A stretch of DNA of 64,000 bases from Armatimonadota bacterium (GTDB lineage: Bacteria; Armatimonadota; HRBIN16): positions 192,001 through 256,000 of the forward strand of contig OY781964.1 of NCBI GenBank assembly GCA_963677485.1, written 5' to 3'. The notes beneath the pieces were generated by a model that made no database searches, had not been told where the DNA came from, and saw only the letters and a program-made list of their open reading frames with translations. Position numbers and translations under genes: made by a program. Each line of letters opens with the position of its first letter. Position 1 is the first letter of the stretch. Shown here in pieces: positions 22,558-31,172 of the stretch.

Positions 22558-24217
22558 CTAAGGCGGCTTAGCCGCAACCAAAAAAGGAATGATTGCATTC
22601 GCCACGTAATATACATTCAAACACCCTTTCGTGAGGTTGCCCAGAATGACATCACTTCAAGAACGCTATGCAAAGCAGATAGCTGGGGTATATTCATGCT
22701 TCGACCGCATAGTTATCACCGGTACAATCCCAGGCTGGTGTCATAGCGACGGAATGGGCATCTATCTTCATCAACGCAACATCAGGCTATTTGACTTTCC
22801 TAAGGAATTTGCCGAACCTCTACGAGATGAGATCAAAGCCAATGCGGAACGCCTTGCCGTTACCAACAGCATTGAAATTGAGTATATACGCCGTGCCTCT
22901 TCATTTCGAAAAGAAGACCGCATCAAAGAGATCATTAGTAGTCGAGGGTGTCACCCCGGTCTCGTCCACATATTCTCAGTGTTGGAAAAATGTCCTGCAT
23001 ACACCCCGTGGCACGACAAGATTACCCACAAAACCCGGCTGAATATCAAGGAGACCAAGTGTCTTCATTACTACTTCTATTTCATCGATGCAGAGTTTGG
23101 ACTGTGCTATCTACGAGTTCCGACCTGGGTGCCCTTCCGTCTGCAATTCTATTGTAATGGACACAATTATCTCGCGCATTGCCTTCAATCCGAGGGAGTA
23201 GTTTTCACTCCACTGGACAACGCCTTTGTAAAAATCGACGACTTTAGCTGTGCTCAGAGGCTGGCAGACGCTTTTCCTGCTGATAAGCTGCACCATGCGC
23301 TGGATGCATTTGCCAGAATGTATTGCCCCGTGATACGGCTTGCTGACAATTCATATCATTGGTCGCTAATGCAGGTGGAATATGCTACAGACATCGTGTT
23401 CAAACGCGCCGAAGACCTCAAAGCCATCTACGATAATCTAGTCAAAACAGCGATACATACGGTAACGCCAGAGTCTATCGCGATGTTTCTTGGTAAGAAA
23501 CTTGATGGGCGAACACTCGCTGAGATCGGCACTGACTACAAGTTCGATCGCCGCATACAAGGCACGCGCATCAAACACTACATGGGATGGGCTTCTATCA
23601 AAATGTATGACAAGCAAGGGATAATCTTGCGTATCGAGACGACTGTGAATGACGTCTCTGAATTTAAACACTACCGTGAGGTAGAACATCATGATGGGAC
23701 GACTGAGATTAAATACGCCCCTATGCAAAAGACCATCTACAGCCTTCCTCCATTGAGGGAACTGTTATTATCTGCAAACAACAGATATCTTGACTTTCTT
23801 TCCGCCCTTGATGACAACAGCGATGGTGAACATCAGATCATCAAAATCGCGACCTCGACCACCCGTGATCATCGCTCGTATCGAGGATTCAACCTTTTCC
23901 TCAAGAAGGATTTGGAATGTCTCATTGCACTTGCTCGCGGAGAGGGATGCATCAGCGGGATCACAAACCGTATGCTTCAAAAAGCCTTACCGCAGATGTC
24001 CAGCTCTCAGATATCATACTTCATCAAGCGATGCCGAGTATTCCGGCTCGTTAAAAAATGCGGTAAACGCTACAAATACTACCTCACTGCACTTGGCAAG
24101 CGTATCATCATGGCAGCACTTGCTATTCGCCAGATCGTTGTGCCTAACGCTTTGTGTGGTGCGTAATATCAGAATATTCTATACACCGTGTTCAAAATAT
24201 GGTTGGTAAGATACTAA
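22558..24217 (+). mobile_element. IS-like element, copy 1 (1,656 bp plus shared CTAA; no terminal inverted repeats)
   Basis: Matches 49265-50924 at a constant offset of 26,707; CTAA at both boundaries; flanks diverge outside TCCTAA...CTAAT. Confidence 0.95.
22646..24166 (+). CDS. Putative transposase with Rep_trans-like catalytic motifs and a C-terminal winged helix
   Basis: Only long ORF in the repeated element; QVEYATD, IKMYDKQG and LRIETTV motifs; probable start ATG 22646 after GAGG (track start GTG 22631). Confidence 0.8.
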   Translation: MTSLQERYAKQIAGVYSCFDRIVITGTIPGWCHSDGMGIYLHQRNIRLFDFPKEFAEPLRDEIKANAERLAVTNSIEIEYIRRASSFRKEDRIKEIISSRGCHPGLVHIFSVLEKCPAYTPWHDKITHKTRLNIKETKCLHYYFYFIDAEFGLCYLRVPTWVPFRLQFYCNGHNYLAHCLQSEGVVFTPLDNAFVKIDDFSCAQRLADAFPADKLHHALDAFARMYCPVIRLADNSYHWSLMQVEYATDIVFKRAEDLKAIYDNLVKTAIHTVTPESIAMFLGKKLDGRTLAEIGTDYKFDRRIQGTRIKHYMGWASIKMYDKQGIILRIETTVNDVSEFKHYREVEHHDGTTEIKYAPMQKTIYSLPPLRELLLSANNRYLDFLSALDDNSDGEHQIIKIATSTTRDHRSYRGFNLFLKKDLECLIALARGEGCISGITNRMLQKALPQMSSSQISYFIKRCRVFRLVKKCGKRYKYYLTALGKRIIMAALAIRQIVVPNALCGA

Positions 24218-24426
24218 TCAGCTACCGGCTTCATACTAATCCGTGTTATCTCGGCTCGCTATAGTTGGAGTTTACACGAAGATTGTACCCTTATCCATTA
24301 GCTAAAGATCATCAAGTAGCTCCGTTGAACAGACAGACTGAGCTGCACTTGACGGGGTATGTAAAGCTATGCTACAGTGACGTATCACAACACACCGCAA
24401 TATGGTTAAATATGAGGAATCGTTCG

Positions 24427-25557
24427 ATGAAAACAGCGTCAAGTATCCTGTTGGTATTAGCCTGTGTACTCCACGCGCCTTCGGTTTACCCGCAGTCGCA
24501 GCCAGTCACCTCGCAGCCAGGTAAAGTGGTTGTGCCCACGGTCTACGATGAAGTCTATGATATCAATGATGGTATAGCACTGGTGGAACGTAATAAGCTT
24601 TGGGGCTATGTGGACAAAACCGGGCTTGAAGCGATCCCATGCAAATACGAAAGCTATTTCCCTACCGAAGGCATTGCCGAAGGGTTGGCCTGTCTGGCTG
24701 AAGACACCTGGTTTGGCTTCTTGAATAAGTCAGGGCAGCAGGTCATCCCGTTTAAATATGATGAAGCCTGGCCTTTCAAAGACGGATATGCGATGGTAAA
24801 ACTCGATGACAAATGCGGGTTTATCAACAAGCAAGGCCGCGTCGTCGTTCCACTGAAGTATGAGCTGGTTTTCCCATTTTCTGCTGGCATGGCCGCCGTC
24901 ATGGCGAACAAACAGTGGGGCTTTGTGGGCACAAATGGCAGTGAGATCATCCCATTGAAATATGAAGAGGCCGATTCGTTCTGCGAAGGTCTAGCAGCGG
25001 TCAAGCTGAACAAGCTCTGGGGTTTCATTGATCTCAAGGCGCGTGAAGTCATCCCGTGTCAATATGACCTGGTGGAGTCGTTCAAAGAGGGTATGGCCGG
25101 TGTGGAGACCAACGGGAAGCTGGGGTTTGTGAACCCCTCTGGAGCGGTGGTCGTTCCGATGAAATACACCTATACATACCCATGTGGGCGCTTCTCGGAA
25201 GGCATGGCGGTCGTCTGCCTCGACAAGAAATGGGGATTCGTCGACAAAAAGGGGCGAGAACTGGTTCCGTTGAAATACACTGGTGCTGATGACTATCATG
25301 AGGGTTTGGCGAAAGTGCAGCTTGCGGGCAAATGGGGATTTATCAACAAAGCCGGAGCCCCAGTGATTCCGCTGCGGTATGACAAAGCAAACTCCTTCAG
25401 CGAAGGGCTGGCCGGCATCAAGCGCGACGGCAAATGGGGTTACATCGACAAAACCGGCCGTGAAGTCATCCCACCCACCTACGATGAAGCACTCGGCTTC
25501 CACGGCGGCTTGGCCGGTGTGAAGTTGAACGGTAAGTGGGGATTTATCAGCAAGTAA
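24427..25557 (+). CDS. WG-repeat (KWG) secreted protein
   Basis: About 9 repeats of FxEGLAxVKxxxKWGFIDKxGxxVIPxxY; signal peptide from MKTAS after GAGGA. Confidence 0.9.
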   Translation: MKTASSILLVLACVLHAPSVYPQSQPVTSQPGKVVVPTVYDEVYDINDGIALVERNKLWGYVDKTGLEAIPCKYESYFPTEGIAEGLACLAEDTWFGFLNKSGQQVIPFKYDEAWPFKDGYAMVKLDDKCGFINKQGRVVVPLKYELVFPFSAGMAAVMANKQWGFVGTNGSEIIPLKYEEADSFCEGLAAVKLNKLWGFIDLKAREVIPCQYDLVESFKEGMAGVETNGKLGFVNPSGAVVVPMKYTYTYPCGRFSEGMAVVCLDKKWGFVDKKGRELVPLKYTGADDYHEGLAKVQLAGKWGFINKAGAPVIPLRYDKANSFSEGLAGIKRDGKWGYIDKTGREVIPPTYDEALGFHGGLAGVKLNGKWGFISK

Positions 25558-25571
25558 CCGATGGTATCACC

Positions 25572-25599
25572 TGGCACGGCAGCTCAGGCTCCGTGCCAG
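25572..25599. terminator. Hairpin between convergent genes
   Basis: CTGGCACGG-loop-CCGTGCCAG. Confidence 0.55.
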
Positions 25600-25629
25600 A
25601 TTTAGACCATATGTAGCCGCTCACTGAGA

Positions 25630-26838
25630 TTAAGGCTTCATCCCTATGCAACACGACATATCAATACCGCGAAGGCCAGTGTCGACCAGTATACGCGACG
25701 CCTGTGCTGCATCGAGCGGTTGAAGCCAACACTTTTGCCATTCGGTATCAAACCCCTGCGATGTGCAGCTTTGGCTTTCAATAAGTAGGGCAGGTTGACC
25801 AGGCACCCAACCGAAGAGTGAATGCGTGTTGTCTTCGCCTGGCGAATTACCGAGTGTGGTTTCCCATTTTGTGACGAACCTGGTTGCAGCCGTCTGTGCA
25901 TCTGTCACCCAGAGTTTTTCAACTACCTCGGCATAGACACCACTCGATGTGGTCGTGTACAACACTGCAAGCCGGCGGCCATCGGCCGAAAAGGTCATCT
26001 CCCCAGAGGGCAGCCCCTCGGCAACCGGAATCGCCAGTTGGTGCAAGATACGCCCTGTAGAATTCACAATACAAAACCCGCGCTTGTCCCCGATGGCTAT
26101 CTGCTTTCCATTCGGGCATATCGCCGCTGTGAAGACATAGCCAGGGTGCGTAAACGAGTTTTTGGCTTTGCCGTTCAATGATAGTATTGTGAGACGAGAG
26201 GTTGAATCTTTGGGCTGATTCACCACAAGAATGCCGGTGGAGTCCATACACCATCGGGCTAGTGTGAAATTTGGGATACTAGATATCTTACGTATTTTAC
26301 CGGTTGCTGCGTCATATACTTTTATAGACGTATTTCCCGTATCATAATTCGCGACGCACAGAAGCAACAACCTTCCTCTCGGTGACCATGCCGTCGAGTC
26401 GATGCTTTCATGCTCGGTTGCGGAGTATATCTTCTTTAAAGACCCGTCTGCCCGTGTCCATAACCAGTAGCCACCTTTGAATTGGTCTGTGACATTCTCA
26501 TCATTAATCGTCGTATAACCACTGCCCAGTTCGATATGAGTGGCTCCGGTTTTGGCGTCTTCGATAGTGACGCCATCGCTTTCCTGCAAAAGCAATAGAT
26601 TCCCGTCTGCGGAAGGCAGCACGTGCTCTATTCGCCCTCCGAAACCCTTCGGAAGTATGGTATGGGATATCAGCAGCTTCGCTTCACCGCCAGACAGCTT
26701 CTGTTCAAAAACATCAGCAGGGGTATCAGTGGAATCTCCACACACCTTTACATAAAACACGCTGCCTGGTATGTTCGCGGCAGAAACCCCGTTCGCAGCG
26801 AACAAAGAGAGCAACATCAGACACAGTAAACGGCGCAT
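25630..26838 (-). CDS. Secreted beta-propeller (TolB/WD40-like) protein
   Basis: Signal peptide; AWSPRGR, ICPNGKQIA, FSADGRRLA blade motifs. Confidence 0.7.
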   Translation of the reverse strand: MRRLLCLMLLSLFAANGVSAANIPGSVFYVKVCGDSTDTPADVFEQKLSGGEAKLLISHTILPKGFGGRIEHVLPSADGNLLLLQESDGVTIEDAKTGATHIELGSGYTTINDENVTDQFKGGYWLWTRADGSLKKIYSATEHESIDSTAWSPRGRLLLLCVANYDTGNTSIKVYDAATGKIRKISSIPNFTLARWCMDSTGILVVNQPKDSTSRLTILSLNGKAKNSFTHPGYVFTAAICPNGKQIAIGDKRGFCIVNSTGRILHQLAIPVAEGLPSGEMTFSADGRRLAVLYTTTSSGVYAEVVEKLWVTDAQTAATRFVTKWETTLGNSPGEDNTHSLFGWVPGQPALLIESQSCTSQGFDTEWQKCWLQPLDAAQASRILVDTGLRGIDMSCCIGMKP

Positions 26839-27044
26839 CGTGACACCTCGTTATTGGGTTATTGGCGGAATTCTTCGTTATGATCGTTCAATCTTGCCTG
26901 ATTTAAGAGTATCCAAGATGCCATCAAGAATCGAGCCACACCGTGATCTGATCGAAAATCGGACATGGTGGGTATGATGAACTGTCTGAAGACTGAGTTT
27001 GAAGTCCCGATGATATCACCATGCTCGATGCGCCACACTCTGAC

Positions 27045-30000
27045 CTATTCTACCATCACCTGGTAATAGACATTCCCTTGACCACCGGAGTTCAATGCTC
27101 CCGAGAACTGCCACTGTATAGCACCTGTATCACCAACGGGAGGGGCAACTATAATACAACCGGACAGCGACAATGGCAGCGGGTCATATGATGCGGAATA
27201 GTAGCTGGTATAGTTCGGTGTATAGTCATTGATTAACAGATTGGAAAGACTAGTCAAACTCGTATTATTATACTTGATGGTATACGTGATGATATCACCT
27301 GATGCAGCGCTTATACGATCCACGCTCTTCAGTAGCGATAACCCACTATCTTTGGCCACGGTCGTCGTGTCTGTATGTGTATATCTCACCTGTAAAGATG
27401 GGTCCGCATTAACATATGTAAATGAGGCTAGTACTGTAAGCTGGTGTTGTGCATTCATAGGCGCATTAGCAGGCACATACACCCGTATGAGTATCGGCAC
27501 CACCTGTTCACCGCCTGTAAGCGTCAAAGCACCCGTGATTAGTGGGTCGCCTGTATCGATCACTCCGTTATTGTTTAAATCAAGGTAAATCGCTTCACTC
27601 CATTGAATAGACGCCGGTATAGCCGTGTGGTTAAGTGTGAATGTTAAGTAACCAGCCGTGTAAGCAACATATGTGTGACTATATGTGACTACACTTCCGG
27701 GCATTGTGGTCTGCGATCCATCCGTTGTGAATAAGTTGGTACCGACATCCCCGAAATTCAAGTTTGTATATTGAATCAGAGGGTTATTCGTGAAGGTGAG
27801 AGAATCTGTTGTCCGATCATAGCTGCCGCATGAGTTTCCAACATATCCACCTGTTGAAATGAACCCACTCAAGTTTTTCTCTGTGATAATCAACTGGGTC
27901 TGGCCAACTGTATATGGTACCCACAGTATGTAGCGCCCATCACTGGCGGTCACGTAAGTGTCCAGAACCGCTCCTCCCGAATCTCCCACTTTCACCGTAA
28001 TGCTAGATAAGCCGGTCTCACCACCATTCATCATGCCATCATTCGCAACACCCCCACCGGTCCCGTTATCGGTAAACACATATCCTGTCACTGTGTTGCC
28101 ATGGAACATCCCAAAGTTCTGGTTGACGACATTTTGCCCGGACATTGTGACGCCTGTCCGTATCTGGTTTGCCGTCTCAGTGCCTATCCATCCTGACGGT
28201 AGATAAGGGATCGTATCTGTAATAGTAGTATTATCATCGGTGATGATAGAGTAAACCCCAGTGGCTACTCCTGTGAATTTGAACCCGCCTGTTGCCGGAT
28301 CCACACTAACGGCATCAACAACAGTGCCTGATGATGATATTAGTTTGGCTTTCAGTGTTGAAACCGCAGTTCCCGTTTCATTTGAATCTTTATACGAATT
28401 ATGATTCACATCCTGGTAGACGAATCCAGAAATATCACTACCGGCTGTACCAATAGTATCTGTATCAATGGCAGTGTTGTTTTCCAAATCTGGGTCCGTA
28501 ATACCGTTTATAGCAGTCACAGTAACAGAATTGACCAAACTGCCGCTGGCGGCCAGGTCAACAGTTCCAGTGATCGTAAGAGTCACTGTTTGACCGGCAA
28601 GAAGGACCAAGCCGTTCCACGTACCGTTGCTTTCGTTGTATACACCGTTGGATGGTTTATACGTAGTGACCAGAAGGGACTTCGGAAAAGTCTCGACCAC
28701 AGTCAGACTGTTTACTGCACTCGAACCCAGGTTTTTGACACTGATGACATATATGATGGTGTCGCCTGGCATTGCTGAGGTTCTACCGTCCGTCTTTGTC
28801 ACTTCTAAATCAGCTTGGGGAACCAGGGTATCCGTATCAGATGACGTATTGTTATTAGCATTTGTATCTTGAATACCAGGGGACGGACTAACAACCGCCG
28901 ACACGGTCACAGGGTTGATTTCGGAGGCTCCAATGACACCATTTATCGTCAGGATGATGCTTTGACCTGAACTCAAGAGCAATCCGGTCCAGTTGCCTGT
29001 GGCAGCATCATAAGTACCGCTGCTGGCACTATATGTGACACTAGTAAATGATGAAGGTATGGTTGGTGACACAATGCAGCTGATCACTGCATCAGGTCCA
29101 TTATTGGTCACCGTGACAGTGTAGCTGTTCGCTGCTCCAGGAATGGCCGTGGTCTTCCCGTCAGTAATACCAATAGTCAAGTCTGCTTGAACTGGAGGGT
29201 TAGTGACGATGGCGTTAATCGACGGGGCTGGGCTGCCGCTGCCATCAGGGTCAACCACTGCTGTGTTTGTGATAATCAATGGCGGATTTGCACCAATAAG
29301 GACATTGAACGTCACAACGGCTTGCTCACCTATATTAATCTGGCCAGCCGCCCTGCCTGTGCTATAAACCTTAGTCTCAATGGTATAAGGCATCTTTCCA
29401 CTAACATCGGCAACAGCAACACCATTAAGTTTCGTACTTCCAGCAACATAACTGGTTCCGGTGGGAATCTGATCAATAACCGTGGTTCCGGCACTGTTCA
29501 CCGTTCCTGTGTTCTGAACGGTTATGGTGTATGTGACCACACTACCTGAAGTCACCCTACTTGGAGGGTTGGCTGTTTTCTGCGCCTGTATCCTCGGTGT
29601 ACCCGTCACTACTGCGTTTGTTGTGACAGAGCCACTGTTGAGAGGTAACTGTGGACAGCTCTGATAGCTATATGTCCACGTTCCGCTGTTGCTATACTGA
29701 GCGGTTGATGGCTGCACCGGAATTGAGTTTACGCGGAGTTTGAGCGTCACCGTCACCAGTGAACCTGCGGCGACCGTGCCAATCGGAACTCCTACTGTGG
29801 GATCTGCAGATGGTTGAGCTACACCGTTGATGGTAAATGATCCCGCGATAAATGAAGTGCCTGTTGGTGGAGCATCTGTAAACACCACACTGGTGGCGTC
29901 AGCCGTACCTAAGGTATTGTCCAGCTTAATCGTGTAGGTCAGCGTATCACCGATATAGGTCGAAGTTTTATCTACTGTTGTGACGGTTGCCGGGAATGCA

Positions 30001-31100
30001 GGGGCTCCGACGTCAATCTGCAGCCCTACAGAATTTATAATGTAACGATCACCCGTAGTAGTTCCTTTAGCATATGCTGTACTCATTCCGTTCAACATCC
30101 GCGCCGAAACATCTACGTTCGTGATATCCCAGCCTTGACGACCACCACTGGTGGCACCTCCGGGAGTATGGTTGGTGGTGCCAAATGATCCTGTTGTATC
30201 GCGCGTGCCATCGTCCTTGTTAATCTGAGAACAAAAAAAGTTAGTCAACGGGTTATTGGGTCCTGATACTGCCCCCGTCGTGGTAGCTGTTGGCCCAAAC
30301 TGCATTTGGTCACCAGTGATATTACTATCACCCTCTAGTGCACTTACCATCATCCGAGCATGTATGGCACCAACTTGGGGCGTACAGAAACCGGTCACTG
30401 ACGAAGTCGGACTTGCCGATGAGTTCGTCAACTCGCCTCCTACGAATACAGTCATGTTACGCGCAGGCAGTGTTGAGTTTCCATACACTACCGCTAGAGT
30501 CCATCCTCCAGCATTCGCACTATTTTCAGACGAAATTGTTGTAGCAGGCACTTTTCCAGTAACATAGACTCCAGCTCCTGCACTCTTCACCAAGTTAGTT
30601 ACGTCTGCCGAACGTACATAATAGTAGTCGCCAGTTAACGTGGTCGCACTCGCTGGATCAGGGCTGACGGTATATGTACCAAGTGGTGTTATGAACGAGA
30701 TTGCATTATTTATGCTTGTAGTGAGGTTTTGCGTGCCATACCGGTAACTGCCTCCCCAGATAAGTTCCGCATACAAAACAGTGCTATTGGCCGGAATGAC
30801 AAGGCTGGCCTTTGAAAAGTCTTTAGTCCAGTCTAGTGTTGTGCCTACAGGATAGGTTCCAACCTTAAGTGTTGTATCGGTTGTAATCAAAGCACCAATA
30901 GATCCATTGGTGCCTGGGTTGTTGGAACCGGTTGCCTTCGCTAATCCCAGGGTATTGCCAGTAAATGTCATGGCACCATTAGCGATTGTAGTAAAGCGCT
31001 TGATATAGACAGCATGTACTGGAATAATGACCACAAGCAGCCATGATAACACCAACGCCAGGTATAACCCAGGCCGGAATTGTCGATTGCGAGTGTTCAT
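27045..31100 (-). CDS. DUF11-repeat secreted protein (putative tip adhesin)
   Basis: Signal peptide; N-terminal AELIWGG/GGWTLAVVY globular domain; several DUF11 domains (KT...PG..ITYTI...N.G...D..P); SdrD-B-like SGFVYQDVNHN; C-terminal DUF11 domain ends at YQVMVE. Confidence 0.82.
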   Translation of the reverse strand: MNTRNRQFRPGLYLALVLSWLLVVIIPVHAVYIKRFTTIANGAMTFTGNTLGLAKATGSNNPGTNGSIGALITTDTTLKVGTYPVGTTLDWTKDFSKASLVIPANSTVLYAELIWGGSYRYGTQNLTTSINNAISFITPLGTYTVSPDPASATTLTGDYYYVRSADVTNLVKSAGAGVYVTGKVPATTISSENSANAGGWTLAVVYGNSTLPARNMTVFVGGELTNSSASPTSSVTGFCTPQVGAIHARMMVSALEGDSNITGDQMQFGPTATTTGAVSGPNNPLTNFFCSQINKDDGTRDTTGSFGTTNHTPGGATSGGRQGWDITNVDVSARMLNGMSTAYAKGTTTGDRYIINSVGLQIDVGAPAFPATVTTVDKTSTYIGDTLTYTIKLDNTLGTADATSVVFTDAPPTGTSFIAGSFTINGVAQPSADPTVGVPIGTVAAGSLVTVTLKLRVNSIPVQPSTAQYSNSGTWTYSYQSCPQLPLNSGSVTTNAVVTGTPRIQAQKTANPPSRVTSGSVVTYTITVQNTGTVNSAGTTVIDQIPTGTSYVAGSTKLNGVAVADVSGKMPYTIETKVYSTGRAAGQINIGEQAVVTFNVLIGANPPLIITNTAVVDPDGSGSPAPSINAIVTNPPVQADLTIGITDGKTTAIPGAANSYTVTVTNNGPDAVISCIVSPTIPSSFTSVTYSASSGTYDAATGNWTGLLLSSGQSIILTINGVIGASEINPVTVSAVVSPSPGIQDTNANNNTSSDTDTLVPQADLEVTKTDGRTSAMPGDTIIYVISVKNLGSSAVNSLTVVETFPKSLLVTTYKPSNGVYNESNGTWNGLVLLAGQTVTLTITGTVDLAASGSLVNSVTVTAINGITDPDLENNTAIDTDTIGTAGSDISGFVYQDVNHNSYKDSNETGTAVSTLKAKLISSSGTVVDAVSVDPATGGFKFTGVATGVYSIITDDNTTITDTIPYLPSGWIGTETANQIRTGVTMSGQNVVNQNFGMFHGNTVTGYVFTDNGTGGGVANDGMMNGGETGLSSITVKVGDSGGAVLDTYVTASDGRYILWVPYTVGQTQLIITEKNLSGFISTGGYVGNSCGSYDRTTDSLTFTNNPLIQYTNLNFGDVGTNLFTTDGSQTTMPGSVVTYSHTYVAYTAGYLTFTLNHTAIPASIQWSEAIYLDLNNNGVIDTGDPLITGALTLTGGEQVVPILIRVYVPANAPMNAQHQLTVLASFTYVNADPSLQVRYTHTDTTTVAKDSGLSLLKSVDRISAASGDIITYTIKYNNTSLTSLSNLLINDYTPNYTSYYSASYDPLPLSLSGCIIVAPPVGDTGAIQWQFSGALNSGGQGNVYYQVMVE

Positions 31101-31172
31101 TGTTGTGCAGTTCCTTCAGTCGTCTGTATGGTCAGGTGTTCAGATATCCTTACATATTGATAAGGTTCAGTA

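Noticed and set aside
22558-24217. IS110/bridge-RNA, IS200/IS605-TnpB, IS91 or group II intron assignment
   Set aside because: No DEDD, HUH, RuvC/zinc-finger or RT (YADD) motifs are visible, and the non-coding ends are very short.
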